64,000 bases of DNA from Selaginella moellendorffii (Eukaryota > Plantae > Lycopodiophyta). The stretch spans positions 182,583-246,582 of the forward strand of contig NW_003314347.1 of assembly GCF_000143415.4 (NCBI RefSeq), in the 5' to 3' direction. The notes under the pieces were generated by a model. It did not search any database and was not told where the DNA came from. It was given only the letters and a program-made list of their open reading frames with translations. Position numbers and translations under genes: made by a program. Below, piece by piece: positions 36,691 to 51,335 of this stretch (positions are counted from its first letter, which is position 1; each line of letters opens with the position of its first letter).

Positions 36691-38163
36691 AATCAGTAAT
36701 TTTGCCATCTCAACTAGAGGATCCCCATGAAGGGAATCTTGCTAACTATCAAGGAGAATTTCTGCTTTTAAGACTGCCTGTACATTGTAAGCTCCATCTT
36801 TGATGAGTTTTTAACAAATTGATAGAGCTTAATAGCTTTGTTAAGGTCTTGAGATTGATCTTAAATTTCTACTTAAAACAAAAAAAGATCTGATTACAGA
36901 AGTTGTTGGCAGTATCTTGCAAAATGTTATGGGTTATAGAAAAACACTATAGCTCTAGCTTAATAGTTTTTCTTTTAAAATATCCAACACTCCTTTTGTT
37001 TGTTTCATTTTTGGTTTGCTTAAGCAAACCTGTAGGAGGACTGAGATGGTAATGAATATATTTAAAATATGCTTGGATATTCTATCATCCAATGGTGGTT
37101 ATTCATTTAGATTAATTTCATATTTATAATTTATAAACATGTTTATAATTTATAAACTTTTCTAACCACTTTATATCATCATGAGCATACATGGTTTTTG
37201 GAGCATGAGCCAAAGAAACTGTGTAATGTATAGTGCATTGGTTAAGCTCTATGTCCATAATGGCAATTGCAAGGGGGCTCTCAAAGTTCCACTGCCAAGG
37301 CCCTCAATCCAGGATCTGCCATAAAGCAGAGAATCTGGAGCCAAGACTGGATGGATGAAGTAGCCAGTGACCCACATGAAGGGAAGAATGAAAAATAGGA
37401 GAAGCGCTCATAGAGGCCTCCCAGCCTCAATTGTTACAAGCATGAAGCATTGAAACCAGCTCAGGGATTTGAGTAGTGCCCCCTCGAGATCAATCATGAT
37501 GCTATCGTCATTCCCGGCCGCTGCATTGTCCACTGGCTCCAATGGATTGCTCTTGTCCCTGGGAAGCATCAAGAAAATCATATTTGGACTAGTGAATTGA
37601 TTGAGAATTGGCTGTTTGAGCTGAGAGCCACAATCCAGGATCAGAAACCCACTATGGTGGTATTGATTGATTGCCCAGAATCAATCAATCAATCAACTTG
37701 GAATGCATCTATGGATGGAGCTTAGATCTTCCTCTGTATGGCTCCCTATTATGTGAGTGGGCAGTGGGTAGAAAACAAAGATTAGTGGAGGACAATCTTT
37801 CTATTCCTATTCATTCCTCTTTTCTAAAGCGACTGATGGAGGGAGATTGTAGCAGCTGAGGAGCACAATCAGGCTGCTTCTAGCTTCAGCTTGGTCGATG
37901 ATGAGAAGTATTTGGCAAGGATGTTTACAAATGAGGAGAGTCAGTGCACGAAAAGGTTGAAAAGGTTCAAAAGGTTTGTCACCTGCCGAATTGGTTTATT
38001 GTCTACCGTAACCCTAAGTTTGGCAAGTTGATGGATTTTAATTTTTAGCTCAAAGTTTTATTCTTTTATGTTTTCGATTCTTCAAAGTGAAGTCTAGTTA
38101 TTTTTGGATCTTTTTACTAGTATAAATTAACTAGAGGTAATTCTGTTTAATCAATCACATAGA

Positions 38164-39520
38164 TATGTCAGATTTGGATTGTGCTATGGATATTGTTCAG
38201 TCGTCACCAACTAAGGATTTGTCTACAGAATCAAATTCTTATGAAGGTTTGGTTTTTCTCTTTATTCCTTAGTATTTCTTGATTTATTTCTCTTAGGTAT
38301 GGAACTTATAAAGTTCATCTTACAAAGAACACTCTGCGAAGTGCAAAATACTTAACTTATATAATGGATTATACAGATATGCATGGCTTGCAAACTTTAA
38401 CTGTATATGGTGATTCATCCATGTGTGCACGATTATATAATAAATTTATGGTTGGTAAATGTTTCTCACTTATAAGGTTTGTAATTTTTTTTAAAAAAAA
38501 TTAACAAGATTATAATTCTCTCACTACAGATGGGTTGAACGACAGAAAAACCCAGTTTACCACCATGGAACTTCAGAAAAAGTTCTTTATATTACAGATT
38601 CTTCTATCATTCAAATTATAGATGATTTTGATGTTAAATTAAGATTATAGCCAACTAGAGGAGCTTCTATATCATCTTTAATGGCTACTAGAGTTTATCC
38701 ACAAGCTATACATGCTGTTATAATCAACACTAGTGTTTTTCCTAAAATAAAGATTGCTTCTTCTGATAATTCTTTGGACGTAACTATGGTAATGTTTTTT
38801 CCTATTTAATTTTCTATTTCTAAGATATTTTCACAGCTCTATATGCATCTGGAGCATGAAGAGCAATATCATCATATTGTAGTAGATTTATATGCTGGAT
38901 ATATGTCAAAGCTTTTATTTTTTTATATTATGAAAAGCATGAGTGCATCAGGTGATTTAGCAACACTTGGAAGTACTTTATTTTTGCCACTAGTTGATTC
39001 AAATGAAATTTAGAGGCTCAATGAAGTTTATAAAACACACCGTGGTCTCACTTCTAAAGACAAAGTAATGTAAATTGTTTACATCTACTTTCAACTCTAA
39101 CTTCCAATTATACAGATTAGTGGATATTTCATCCTTGACAACCAATAGAGTCTCACTCAAGCTAAAAGTTTTTGTTCATTTTGCTCTTTCACAATGTTAG
39201 AGCAGAGAGAAGATGGTTTTGTTGTTTGCGCAAAGTGTAAAGGGTGTTCCATCCCTCGTAAATCAGCTACAATAACTGGTTCTATTATATCAAATGACAT
39301 GATGGAATATAGAGTTACAGTGCGTGATAAAATGGTGGATAAAATTTATAATTTGGATGAAGGGTCTATGGTCAAGTTTGCTATGGAGTCCCCAGAAAAG
39401 ATTGCTATTTATCTATCTTCAAAACCAACAGGATTCTTTCTATTGAATGAGGCAAATATTATTGTCCATTTTGAGACACCAAACAATTCAGCCATGGAAA
39501 TTGCCAACAATCAGAAATAG
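38164..39520 (+). pseudogene. RPA70-like OB-fold ssDNA-binding protein (Helitron-associated), intron-containing, with stops
   Basis: The last exon has FCSFC..LEQREDGFVVCAKC, the zinc ribbon typical of the RPA1 C-terminal domain. It lies upstream of the Rep-helicase. Confidence 0.55.
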
Positions 39521-40225
39521 ATACAATTGTCTCTTGTCTATTTTTCAATTGCTTTCTTTATAATACAAATATCTATTCATGAAATCTTGCAATGCTTCTC
39601 TTAACAATTTCTAGATTTCAAAGCACACAAACTAGAAATCCCATGGCAATGACTCACAAGATTGCTGCTGATTGCATTGCACAATCAATTAGAGAACTAA
39701 TATGCGAGAAACATAAGCTGCCTCTAAAAGCCCCTCTCAGGTAATCTACCACGTTAACATTGCACACCTAACACTGGAATCTAGGAAAATGATCATTGTG
39801 CATCTGGCTAGGGAGTTCCTTAAGGGCTTTAGAGAAGCTAGGTGAAGAATGTGGTATATTGCTTTCTATACTAGATGCTAAACCCCATCTTGTAGTAAAT
39901 GTGCAAGAAAATGAACATGAAAGAGCTTGAGCCACAAACAATTCCAAATTTCAGCTTTGTTGTTGATTTGTTTGACCTAGATGTTTGAAGCCGTGTACGA
40001 CATTGACATGGTTACTAAAAGTTCTTGTATCTTTGACATCTCTTTGTCACAGAGCTTGCAGATTGCTAAACTAAAGCTCTTGCTTCTGAATGACCGTGCT
40101 CTTATTGGATCCTATTGGATAACTTACAAAAGGGAAGGCACACATACATCAAAGGTTTGTTTTGGTTCTTGGCCCTGGATATCCATCTCTAACAATGTTG
40201 ATTTCTCCTTCACCCTATAGTAGCT

Positions 40226-40721
40226 CAAAAGAAATCATTTCAAGTAGAACCTGCATCAAGGTATATAAAAAAAATTTCTTAACAAGAAAGAAAGTTATAA
40301 ACTACTTTAAGCCATCTTTGAGTCCATTGACTTTTCAGGGACTTGTCATTGGAAGTGTGAGGGTTTTCCACAGCCAACCTTGTAAATTGAAAACATCATG
40401 CTAGATACCAGTCTCCATAGTGAGAACAATGTTACTTGTTTGTGGAATCATCTTGCCTAGTCGAAGATATCTCACTTGACATTTTGAATAACTTTCTTTG
40501 GACTTGATTACCTCATCCAAGGCTGTCACTGTTAGTAGAGCCTGAAGATGCTCTACTGACAGTGAGAAAAAGAAATCATTTCAAGTAGAACCTACATCAA
40601 GGTATATAAAAAAAATGTCCTAACGAGAAAGAAAGTTACAAATTACTTCAAACCATCTTTGAGTCCATCAACTTTTCAGGGACTTGTCATTGGACGTGTG
40701 AGGGTTTTCCACAGCTAACCC
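40226..40721 (+). repeat. ~150-bp direct duplication (40226-40380 vs 40567-40721)
   Basis: AAAAGAAATCATTTCAAGTAGAACCT...GAGGGTTTTCCACAGC occurs twice. Confidence 0.85.
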
Positions 40722-41230
40722 TCGCACGTCCAATCAAAATCATTTCACATGGATTCTTGGGCAAGACCCAAGAATCCATGCAAGGTAGTGGCATTAAACC
40801 CAAAAGAGATCTAGAAACAATACAATTGAGCAGGTAGTCAATTACCTAAGAATGTGTGAGTCTGGTATTTGTGCTCACGTTTCTCTCATAAGCCCATTTT
40901 AGGCCAATTTAAATAAAGACTTAATATAGCTTTAGGGCATAAATGGCTTTCAACGGAATAACATTGAGAAGTAAGTAAAATGTCTTTGATTGTTTCTACT
41001 AGTCTAGAATCAATTATCAACCTTCACAAAGCTGTTGATTGAAAGATAGAGAATTAATACTTGTTGAAAGTAGGTTAAAAATAATCCATTCGGTTTGATT
41101 GTTTTATCTCTTTAAACAATCTTGATCAGCTAAACAATCATAGAAAAAACTAATCTGGATACACCCACCTATCCGGTGGGTGTAAGGACATCAAGGGCAA
41201 TAAAGGTATTTAAGTATAAAGGGCAAAATT

Positions 41231-44200
41231 ATGACAAAGAGAAAATTTGAATGGACAGAACTTCTAGATGCAAAATTGTTATCAATTCAAGGATCTACAA
41301 ATAAAAAATCAAAAGAACTAAAATTCAACCATAATATTGATTTAACTGAGCAACAAATTGTTTCTAGATACTATTATTTATCAAGAAAGAATAAAAATGA
41401 GCAAATAAAAACTATTAATATATCCAATGAAAAACATGAAGAACGTACTTTACAAAACCAAAAAAAAAAAAAAAAATACAACAGAAGAAGACAAAATACT
41501 TATAGAAACTTGGAACTCACAAAAACAAAAAAATGAAAAAATAAATATTTTTCGACAAAGAACAAAGAGTACTATATCAGATGAAAAACTTAAAAGAAGA
41601 GTATATTATATTAGAAGCAAAGAAAAAAAACAATAAAAGAGAAATAACAACAAGAAATTGAATATGACATAAACAATCCAAAAAGTATGAAAGCACTACA
41701 AATGTATAATAAAGCTATACAGAATATACCGATACATCCATGTAAAATATGTAAAAGACTTTGGTTTAAATATAATAAAAAACAAGAATATGCATGCAAT
41801 CAATGCATGACAAATAAAGAAAAATATTAAAGTCCAGAAAAAATAAGAATGAATCAAATTGATCAATATAGAGAACAACTAAATGATATTGAAGAGAAAA
41901 TGATAGCTCTACGTATTTTATTTGCAAATATAACAATACCAAATCAGCCTCAATATCAGCAGCGTATAAAAGGAGGAAAAATAAATGTCCTAACTAATAT
42001 TAAACCAATAATAAATAAACTACCAAAAACATTTGAAGAAACACAAACAATAACAATTCAGCTGAAATGAAGATTAACTGATAAATATTATTATAAATAT
42101 GGAATAGCCAGACCACATTATATTTATAATAGTATAAAACAATTACAAGAAACAGAACTATATAAGAAAAATAAAAATTAATATAGATGAAAATTGGTTT
42201 CAACAAGCACAAAATTTAGACAATATAGATAATAATGCATAAATAATATTAGAAAACGAATTACAACAAGAATTAAATGAAGATGATGAAAGTGTAAATC
42301 TTATAGAAAACCCTGATAATGAGATATTACCAACAGATACTATGGTAATTAGCTTCTTAGATGCAAATCAAATAGATAATTTTACAGATAAAGTTTTAGT
42401 TATAGCACTTGGTCAAGGACAACACCCATTAGGATTATTTGTAGATGAAAATGCTGAAGAAATGGCATATCCAAAACTATTTGGTGGAAAACCAAGACCA
42501 TTAGACATAAAAAGTAAATTTACATATCAAGAAATAATCCAATGGGAATTAATGAATGAGAATAGAAATTTATACGACATATTGAACATATATTTACAGC
42601 AGCAGTAAAAACTGAAATCAAATTTGTTAATCAAAATGCAAGTTTTGGATTAAGAAAATTTACTTATGAAGGAAGAAAAATCACATCAAAATATGTGCTT
42701 GTAAATGGAAATATGGATAAAATATTAAAGTCAAACATAGGTTTTAGAGATTTAAAAAATCTAAGAATATCACCAAATAATTTAGAAGCACTAAAAAAAT
42801 ATGCATTTGGCATGATAAGATAATTAGGACCACCAGCACTATTCTTATCTCTTAGTTGCTCAGAAAGACATTGGGAACCATTAAAAAATGCTTTAAAACA
42901 TTTAAATACAGATATATTACAAAAAGAAGACATAGAAAATTTAAATGAAAAAAAGAAAATATATAAAATACTAAGAGCTGATCCAATCACCACAATACGA
43001 TATTATGCGCATAAAACATCAGCATTTAGAAAATTATTAATGTCCAATTATCATATATTTGGAAGGGAAGTAAAAGACTATGTATTTGTAACACAATTTC
43101 AACAACGTGGCACACCACATGAACATGCACTAATATGGTTAGAAAATCCACCACAAATATTAGAATAAATAAAAGAATATGCTAATGAAAATATATGTAC
43201 TGATTCAGAGAAACTACCAGATAATATAAAAGATGTTCAAACTCATAAACATAGAAAAATATGTATGAAATATAAAAATATAAATTGTAGATTTAATTAC
43301 CCAATTCCTCTAATGCCATAAAAGACATTACAAAACATGAAAATGATTCATATACAATAATTTACAAAAAATAAAAACAATACTAGAAGATAAAACTATA
43401 GATCTAAAAAATTTAGAGTTTGATGAATATTTAAAAATAATAGGAATAACATATGAGCACTATAAAGCTACAATAAGATTGACAATAACAAATACAAAAA
43501 ATTTTTATAAATGAAAACCAAAACACATAAACACAAATACTTTTAATAACAAATTATCAAATCTGTGGCAATCAAATAAAGATATACAAATTATTCTTGA
43601 TCCATATGCAGCAGCATCATATTGTTTATCATACATTGCATGTATTGAAATAGAAATAACAAAGACATTGTCAACTGTATTTAAAAAATGCCAAAAAGAA
43701 AGAAGAGATGCATTTAATAGAGTTTGGTTATTAGGAAATAGCTTCATACGTGGTAGGGAAATGCCAATTCAACAAACACTTTTTTTAATATTGTCAACCC
43801 CATTTCACCATATGTCTAGAACTGTAAAGTTCATTGATACTAAACCATAAGAACAACGAACAAAACGTTTAAAAATGAAACAAAACCTTGCAAAAATGCA
43901 AGAAGACGAAATAGACATAGCAATACCTGGATTAATTGAAAAGTACATGCAAAGACCAGAAGAATTAGAAGATTTAACATTAGAAGAGATAACAACTGAA
44001 TATATAATTGAAAAAGAAGTAACAACAGGAAAACATATATATAAAAAAAATAGATATATAAACTTTAGTAAAGAAAAAGATCCAGAAAAGTGGGCATTTG
44101 AAAGATTAATCTTACATAAAAAATTTAGAAAAAGAAGAAGATCTTAAAGAAATGTACAAAACATATATGAATGCATATGAAGCAAATATGGAACAAATAA

Positions 44201-46552
44201 ATGAAAAACAACATCAATACATATATAAAAAAGTAACAAATGAGAGTGAATTTAATTGAGAGAATAAAGAACAAGAAGCAAATAAAATTATTAAAAGAAC
44301 AAGCACAGTATATACAACAAATAAACACAAACCAAACAGATGAATTTGATATAGGGAAAGATTTATTAAAATTGAAAATTAACAAAAACTTAAATTTAAA
44401 TATAAAAGTTAAAATTTTAACAAATACAACAATTATAATACAAGATGAATACCTTATGGAAACTAGTAAATATCACCAATTATTAAGAACTTTTAATAAA
44501 AAGCAAAGAATAATACATGATGACTTCATATTGAAAAAAATAAAACAACCTAACTGCTTATTTTCAACAGGAGGAGCAGGAACTGGAAAATCAATGCTTT
44601 TAAATACACTTATAGAAACACTCAAATGATATTATAAAACAAACCAAGATATAAATAATGAACCAGGACAAACAATATTAATAACAACACTTATAGGAAA
44701 AGCAGCTTGTAATATAAATGGTTTAACAATACATTCAGCTTTTGCATTTCGACCAGAAGCATCAAAACAACGTCAAACAATATTAACAAATGACACATTA
44801 GATAAATATAAAAGAAAGTTTTCAACAATAAAATGTTTAGTAATAGATGAAATATCAATGGTAAGTATAGAAATGCTACAAGATATAAATAGAAGATGTG
44901 AAAGCTTCAAAACAACATATGGAATAGACTTTGGTGGGATGGATTGTATATTTACAAGTGATTTCTATCAATTAAATCTTACATTTGAGGCACCAATTTA
45001 TTCAACAAAAACATATAGACCTGAAAATGATGTCTCCATACACCACCCATGGAAAAATAATTTTAAAATCTATGAACTTACTGAAATAATGAGGCAAAAA
45101 GATGATATAATCTTTATAAAAGCTTTAAATAAAATACAAATAGGAGAACAAACAGATAAAGAGCTAGAATATAGAAATAAACAAGTCACCACAGATACAT
45201 ATAACACAGAATACTATTCTAAATTTGCAACTAATGAACAAGTAAGAGAACATAATGAAAAAATAATACAACACATACAAGGTAAAGATATAATTATAAA
45301 AGCACAAGACAAACATGGAAATTCCTGTCCTACACATTTCACGCTGCCAGATGACACAAGAAAAACACAAGGACTACATAAAATATTACATTTGAAAAAG
45401 AAAATGGCAATTGAAATAACACAAAATATAGCAACAGAAGATGGACTAGTAAATGGAGCAAATGGAGTATTACAAGATGTAACCCATATTGAAGAAGAAC
45501 AAATAATGTGGATAGAATTCCCAAATATAAAAACAGATGAAAAAACAAGAGCTAAAGAAAATATAACAATAAAGCAAAATAATGGAAAAAACTGGACACC
45601 AATAAAAAAAATAACAAGAACAATAAATATTACTAAAAATAAAAACTATGTTATAAGTAGAACCCAATTTCCAATACAACCATGTGCAGGAAGAACAATA
45701 CATAGAGCACAAGGATCAACAGTTATGCAATTAGAATATAACCCATATAAAACAAAATATCCAGGATAAGCATATACCGCATTATCAAGAGCACAAACAC
45801 TAAAAGGGATACATTTATATAGACCAATTGAACATAAACATATTAAAATCAATAAAGATGCAGCTAAAGAAATAATAAGAATGACAACAGAAGCACCATA
45901 GCAAATTGATTTAATAAATTTACAAGAAGAAAAAAAAGCTAACCAAACAATTATACAAGTTCTAAATACAAGATCTATTACTGCACATCAAGAAGATATA
46001 AAGAGTGATTCACAATTATTAACATCAGATATAATATGTATGCAAGAAGTAAGAACACAAAAACATGAGGATTTATATTTTAATAAATATAAATCATATA
46101 TACATGAACAACCCCCACATATAGCAATATTGCATACAAATGACTACAAATCAGAAATAGTAGAACATTTAAAAACAGAAACAATGGCAATGTCATATGT
46201 ATCACTAAAAAAAAATAAAAAGCAATTACAGATAATAAATTTACATAGAAAACCTGGAACAAATATACATATATTCATAAAACAACTACAAAAATATATA
46301 CAGAAAAAAGATAATAAAAAACCAGTAATAATTACAGGAGATTTTAATATTGACTACCAAATAGAAGAAGTAAAACCACTTCAAACAATAATGGAGAAAG
46401 AAGGATATATACAAATAATAAAACACAATACACGTAATAATAAATTAATAGATCATATATGGATAAAAGATATAATATATACAAAAGCAGGAATAGCACC
46501 TGCATATTGGACAGATCATAGCAAATTATATATCATAATAAAAAATATTTAA
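41231..46552 (+). pseudogene. Helitron/Helentron-type Rep-PIF1 helicase fused to an AP-type (EEP) endonuclease; frameshifted
   Basis: EEMAYPKLFGG; *LGPPALFLSLSCSE; HUH motif QFQQRGTPHEHALIW; DPYAAASY; Walker A TGGAGTGKS; IIDEISMV; EIMRQKDD; NIATEDGLVNGA; QFPIQPCAGRTIHRAQG; endonuclease motifs MQEV, GDFN, IDHIW, TDH. Confidence 0.9.
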
Positions 46553-48019
46553 AAACAAAAGCAAACCAAGCGTTGCTACAATGCAATGCGCAGCAATTTA
46601 TTAGCACTAGAGCAAGATATATAAACATTGTAATAAAGCAAACTAAATGTTGCTACTAAATGTAGCAAATTATTTATTACTAGATGTTACATTTCTTTTC
46701 CATATGCGCTAAATTATCTTTCTCTATCCAGGATTCTAATACTGTTTACAAGTGCCCGACCGTTGGGTTTAAATGTGCTATATTAAATTGTGTTACAAAC
46801 CTAGTTGATAAATTTAATACATCAACCCAACATTTAGCATCAGTTCCTGAATTTTCATGTGATACTATTTTCTGAAAGACAATAACCTCTTATGTAAAAT
46901 TCATTTATATTACACTTTTCAAAGTCAAATGTGATTATTGTACTCTCTTCATTTTATGGAGTCACTATTACTTATAATTTAAATAATAAAAAGCATAATG
47001 CAACAGTACCTACTAAGTGACCTGCTAAGTGAACCACAAATGGTTTTAATTGTTATTTTATAATAACACTAATCAATAATAAGTTAGATTTTTAAAAATT
47101 TAAAAATAAACTTACCAGATCATTCTGATTTTTTAACACAATAAATAAGATATAAATTTAGAAGATTATAGTTTTCATTATAAATATTTCTAGCATTTCT
47201 TAATTATCTTTTATAGAAAATACTTTTTAAAGTTATTACATTGAATTTGTCATCACTATAATTTTATTTGCAAAACATATAGTTCATCCAAATTCAAAAA
47301 GAACTTCTTTTCAAACTTAAAAAAATATTTACTATTGAAACTTTAATAAATATTAATAAAAACATCATTAAATATTTTTCATGTGAAGTACATAATAAAG
47401 ATGTATGACTGTGACTATAATTTGTTTTGATTTTATTTTCTTCCTAGCATTCAAATGGTAAACCAGTGGTAAGCGAGATGGTTGCAGTGTTGAAGCAAGA
47501 AATTGTTCGTGCCTTTCGTTGAGAACTTAGACCTGATGTCCTCCAGAGACACTAGTTGCATGCTGCCGTAAGTCTGGACGAGATCTCGAGTGACGCTTGA
47601 ATAAGGTGCATCCTGCCTCTAGTATGTACTTTCTCAAGCGCTCCATCATTGCGAGCTGGAGCTGGTGTGATGTCACAAGACCCTGTCACAGACCATGTTG
47701 GGGAGAAAAAATACTCTCCCTTGAAGATCGATCGTTGCCCTTCATTTCACGATGGTTAAACGTACGTGTTTTTAATGATGAAACCAACTCAATATGGCAT
47801 GAATAGCCACATGGATTTTGCAACCATTAAAAAATGGTTGGCTGGCATGTGTTTCCGAGAACACGTCATGGGAAAAAAAGATCATGGTCTGGAATATTCA
47901 CAAGATGCCAAGTCAGTCAGGGCTCTAGACCCTTGCGCTTCTGTTTCTTTCCTTGGCGAGAACTAAATGGCTAACTCGCTGCGGTGTGTGGTGTGTGCAT
48001 GTGCTTTTAGCATAATTCC

Positions 48020-48780
48020 TTGCATACACATCTAACATGGCAGTACACGTCACCATGTCCGTCTCAGGCATGCCGTCAAACATTTTCTTTGCTTCCTCCA
48101 AATGCCCGTGCTGGGCATACACGACCAGCATGGACGTCCACGACAGCAAATCCCTCTCCGGCATGGCGCTAAAAACCGACGTGGCATTTTCCAGCTCACC
48201 ATTCCATGCCAACGCTGAATCGTGTCCACGTCCCTCTCCTCAAACTGGAAACATAGCTTCATCGCCTAGTGCCAAAATGCCCATTTCGGGCATATGCTTC
48301 GAGTAGCGCGTCGTTGAGAGCTAAGAGGTCGTGAATAGGTATGGAATCAAACACCACTGCCTTGGCCTCTCGCATATATCAACTCTTGGCAAGGGCGACG
48401 CAATCTTCCACGATATCACATTTCTCTGCGGCATCTCATCGATCATCGCTTTGGCCTGGGCGAGATCGCAGTTTGGGTAGAGGGAGAGCATCAAAGTTCC
48501 ACGAGACGAGGCACTTCCCGGGCATCCGATCAAAGAGCTCCTTCGAATCCTCCATGCCAGACGAATGCCGCCAGCGCATGCTGGGCATCTAGATCGCGTG
48601 CGCGAGCTGTTTGACACCGCGATGTCATCGGCCATGCGCCTGGTGCGCATGGAATCGAAGATCTTGGCCGCGTCGAGGAGGCGATTGGCACGGAAGTAGG
48701 CAGTGAGCGAGATCCAGGTAGGAATCGTGGCGTGGAATCGAGATTCGCGAGTGTTGCAAGATTGAATGAGTCTGTGGCAC
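48020..48780 (-). pseudogene. Deleted and frameshifted copy of the 5' half of the PPR gene
   Basis: Collinear match to ~35290-36245 with multiple deletions. Confidence 0.88.
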
Positions 48781-49157
48781 AATTTGACTATCTTTATTTA
48801 CAGTTTGACTTTTTCAACGAGTTTTTGACCACCTACGAGAGTCTACTTTGATGATCTCTTCTGTGATCTTGGATGATGATTTGAGGAACTGCGCATAATC
48901 TTCATACATATCGGAATTTGAATCGTAATCACAATTGGCATCAAAGCTCTCGATCGTCGCCATTAGTCTTTGGATCGCTTCTTTGCATTTAGAGAATTTG
49001 TCATCGTCCATTTGAAGAGAAGACATCGCCAACCCTAGCCAAGAACCCTAAAACAAGAGATATATAGAGTTCACGTCCCTTTTCGTGGAACACAACCAAC
49101 GGCTGGGATTAAAAGCTTTGGGAAAAAAGGTTTTGTCATCACTGTCTGGGGGCGATT

Positions 49158-51153
49158 TTATTTTTGACGCTTGTAGATTTTGGAAAGGAAGAGCTTCAAA
49201 ACTTGCTGCAATGGAAACGAAACGAATGAGAGGGATTGGAGTGTCCAATGTAAGTTACCTGTAGCTCAATGCTTTTTTCTTCGTTGATTATCGACATGAA
49301 GTTCTCATAGCTCTCGCTTTCATAATCGAGGAAAAGTTTCTGCAGCACAACGAGAAAAAGGCTTACTCGAGGTCAGTCACAGAGCGAAAGAGTTCTTCTC
49401 TAGCCCCGTTTCTAGCCTGGACGAGACCAAGAAGCTTATCCAGGCCTCAAACGAGGGGCATTCACTGTCGCATTCCAATACAATCTTGTCAAGAGTTGGC
49501 ATCCATCACAAGGAAAAGCACTCAAGAACAGGAATGCTAAAACAGCAAGAAACTCGTTCTTACCTCGAGGTTTAATTCATTGTACACCTTCTTCACCTCC
49601 GCGACGCACGCTGGATCTTTGCGTCCATAGTTATTGTAAAGTCGGGATTTCTGCTCGGGGCTTGCACGAGCTATCGCTTGTACAATAAGCCACGAGCATT
49701 TGGTATCCTCGATATCGGTTCCAACCTGAATATCCCAAGGATTATTAGTAGGACCAAAGAAGAGACCAAAGCTTTAGCACCAAGGAAAACGCAAATCACT
49801 ATGCCCCGGGGAATGGTTTCTCCTGCAAAAACGAAGGTCAATCGCAAGAGAACTTACTTTTCCAATAACGTCGGGATGGCCGTAGCAATCTAAATAATCA
49901 TCCTGGTAAACGAATTTCTGTCAGTAAGGATTGGAAAACAAAGCTGTATGCACACCTGTATTTGAAAGTAAGTTCCCATCTGCACAAGGATTCTCTCGGC
50001 AGATTCAAATTTGGATTTATCATCTTCTCCAGACATGTACAGAGCACATGCAACCTGTGAAGCACCAGAAACACAGTCAAGCTGTCATAGAACAAGGTTA
50101 CAATACTTACTGGAAGATAGAAAGAATAATATGCTGTCTTGTATTTTACAATTCTTAAATAGCTGCATGGAAAACAAAGTCAAGACAAAGGTTTGAGAAA
50201 TGAGATTTCTTACGTGTCCATTACGTATTTGGACAAATCGACTTCGCCGGGTGGAGTTGTAATAAGATCGAGCATCTGTCCACAGGCAGTCTGATACTCC
50301 ACCTGACATTTAAAGAAAACTAATTAGAATTCCTCCCAGAGTAAACAGATAATAATACCTCATCAAATAGCTCTCGCAGATCCTGGTAGTAAGGCTTGTC
50401 ATGGAAATGCCGTTTTAAAATACGGGATATGTGATTCCGGAGAAGAATGCCATCGTTTGCAGCAATTAAGCCAACCTGTCCAGAAGGAAAAAGAATTCAA
50501 AGATGAGAACTGAAAAGAGCTACCTTTGGCTGTCTAAACCAACAAGGCTGACCCCTTCTCGTGTGTGAATCATCCATGATATCATCTAAGATTAGGAAAT
50601 ACGCTTGGAGCTGTGCAAGCAAATGTTAAAACTCGTTTCTAACACGTCTCTACAGAAGAACGCCTACCCATTCGATGCACCATCCAAGAGCAAACGCAAG
50701 GAAAAGCTCGTCTTCGCTGAGCTCCTCGCCAGATCTGAGCAACACCAAGCTATCCACCACGGAGAGCCCCCGATTCAGCTTCCCTGCCAGCAAAAGCTCC
50801 AGAGATTCGCTTCCAAATCCAATAACAAAGAGAGATTTGAGACCAAAACAAACCTCCTGGAACATTATAGTCGAGCATCTGGTACAAAGACACGGCTATG
50901 TGAGTCTGGCATTGGGAAAAAGAGATCAAGCACCTCGGACACCCATTCTCTCGACTCGAAAGTGTGGGAAAAGCTCTCGGAGTCGGCGATGAGCTCCTTC
51001 TTGAGCCGGTGATAAGCATCCATAAACTTGGCCTTGAACGATCCCGCCACCGGCTTGGCGGAGATCTTGATGTCATTGAGCAGCGGACCTGCTGGATGGA
51101 TCGAGTGAGCGCCCAGATCGAATGTAGGATCCACTCTTACCGGCAGTCGCCAT
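49158..51153 (-). CDS. FPS: Farnesyl diphosphate synthase, multi-exon
   Basis: MLDYNVPGG|[15 protein letters not shown]|[66 protein letters not shown]. Confidence 0.93.
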
Positions 51154-51335
51154 AGCTCTGCTCTCGAAATATTTTTCTCCGAGCCTTAGGTTAAATCCTT
51201 TTACTCCAAGATGGTATATTCTTGTATTCTTTTTTCTTTCTACACTCGACGCGGCGCTACCAATCTTACACAAAAATTACACTGCCCTCGCACTCTCTCG
51301 CCATGGAAATCGATCGATCGATCGCTCGCTCGCGC

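Larger units (their letters stand above)
37940..46683 (+). mobile_element. Decayed rolling-circle transposon (5' end approximate)
   Basis: RPA-like gene plus Rep/Hel/EN. A 3' hairpin TTGCTAC-TAAAT-GTAGCAA is followed ~11 nt later by CTAG (46680-46683). Confidence 0.6.
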
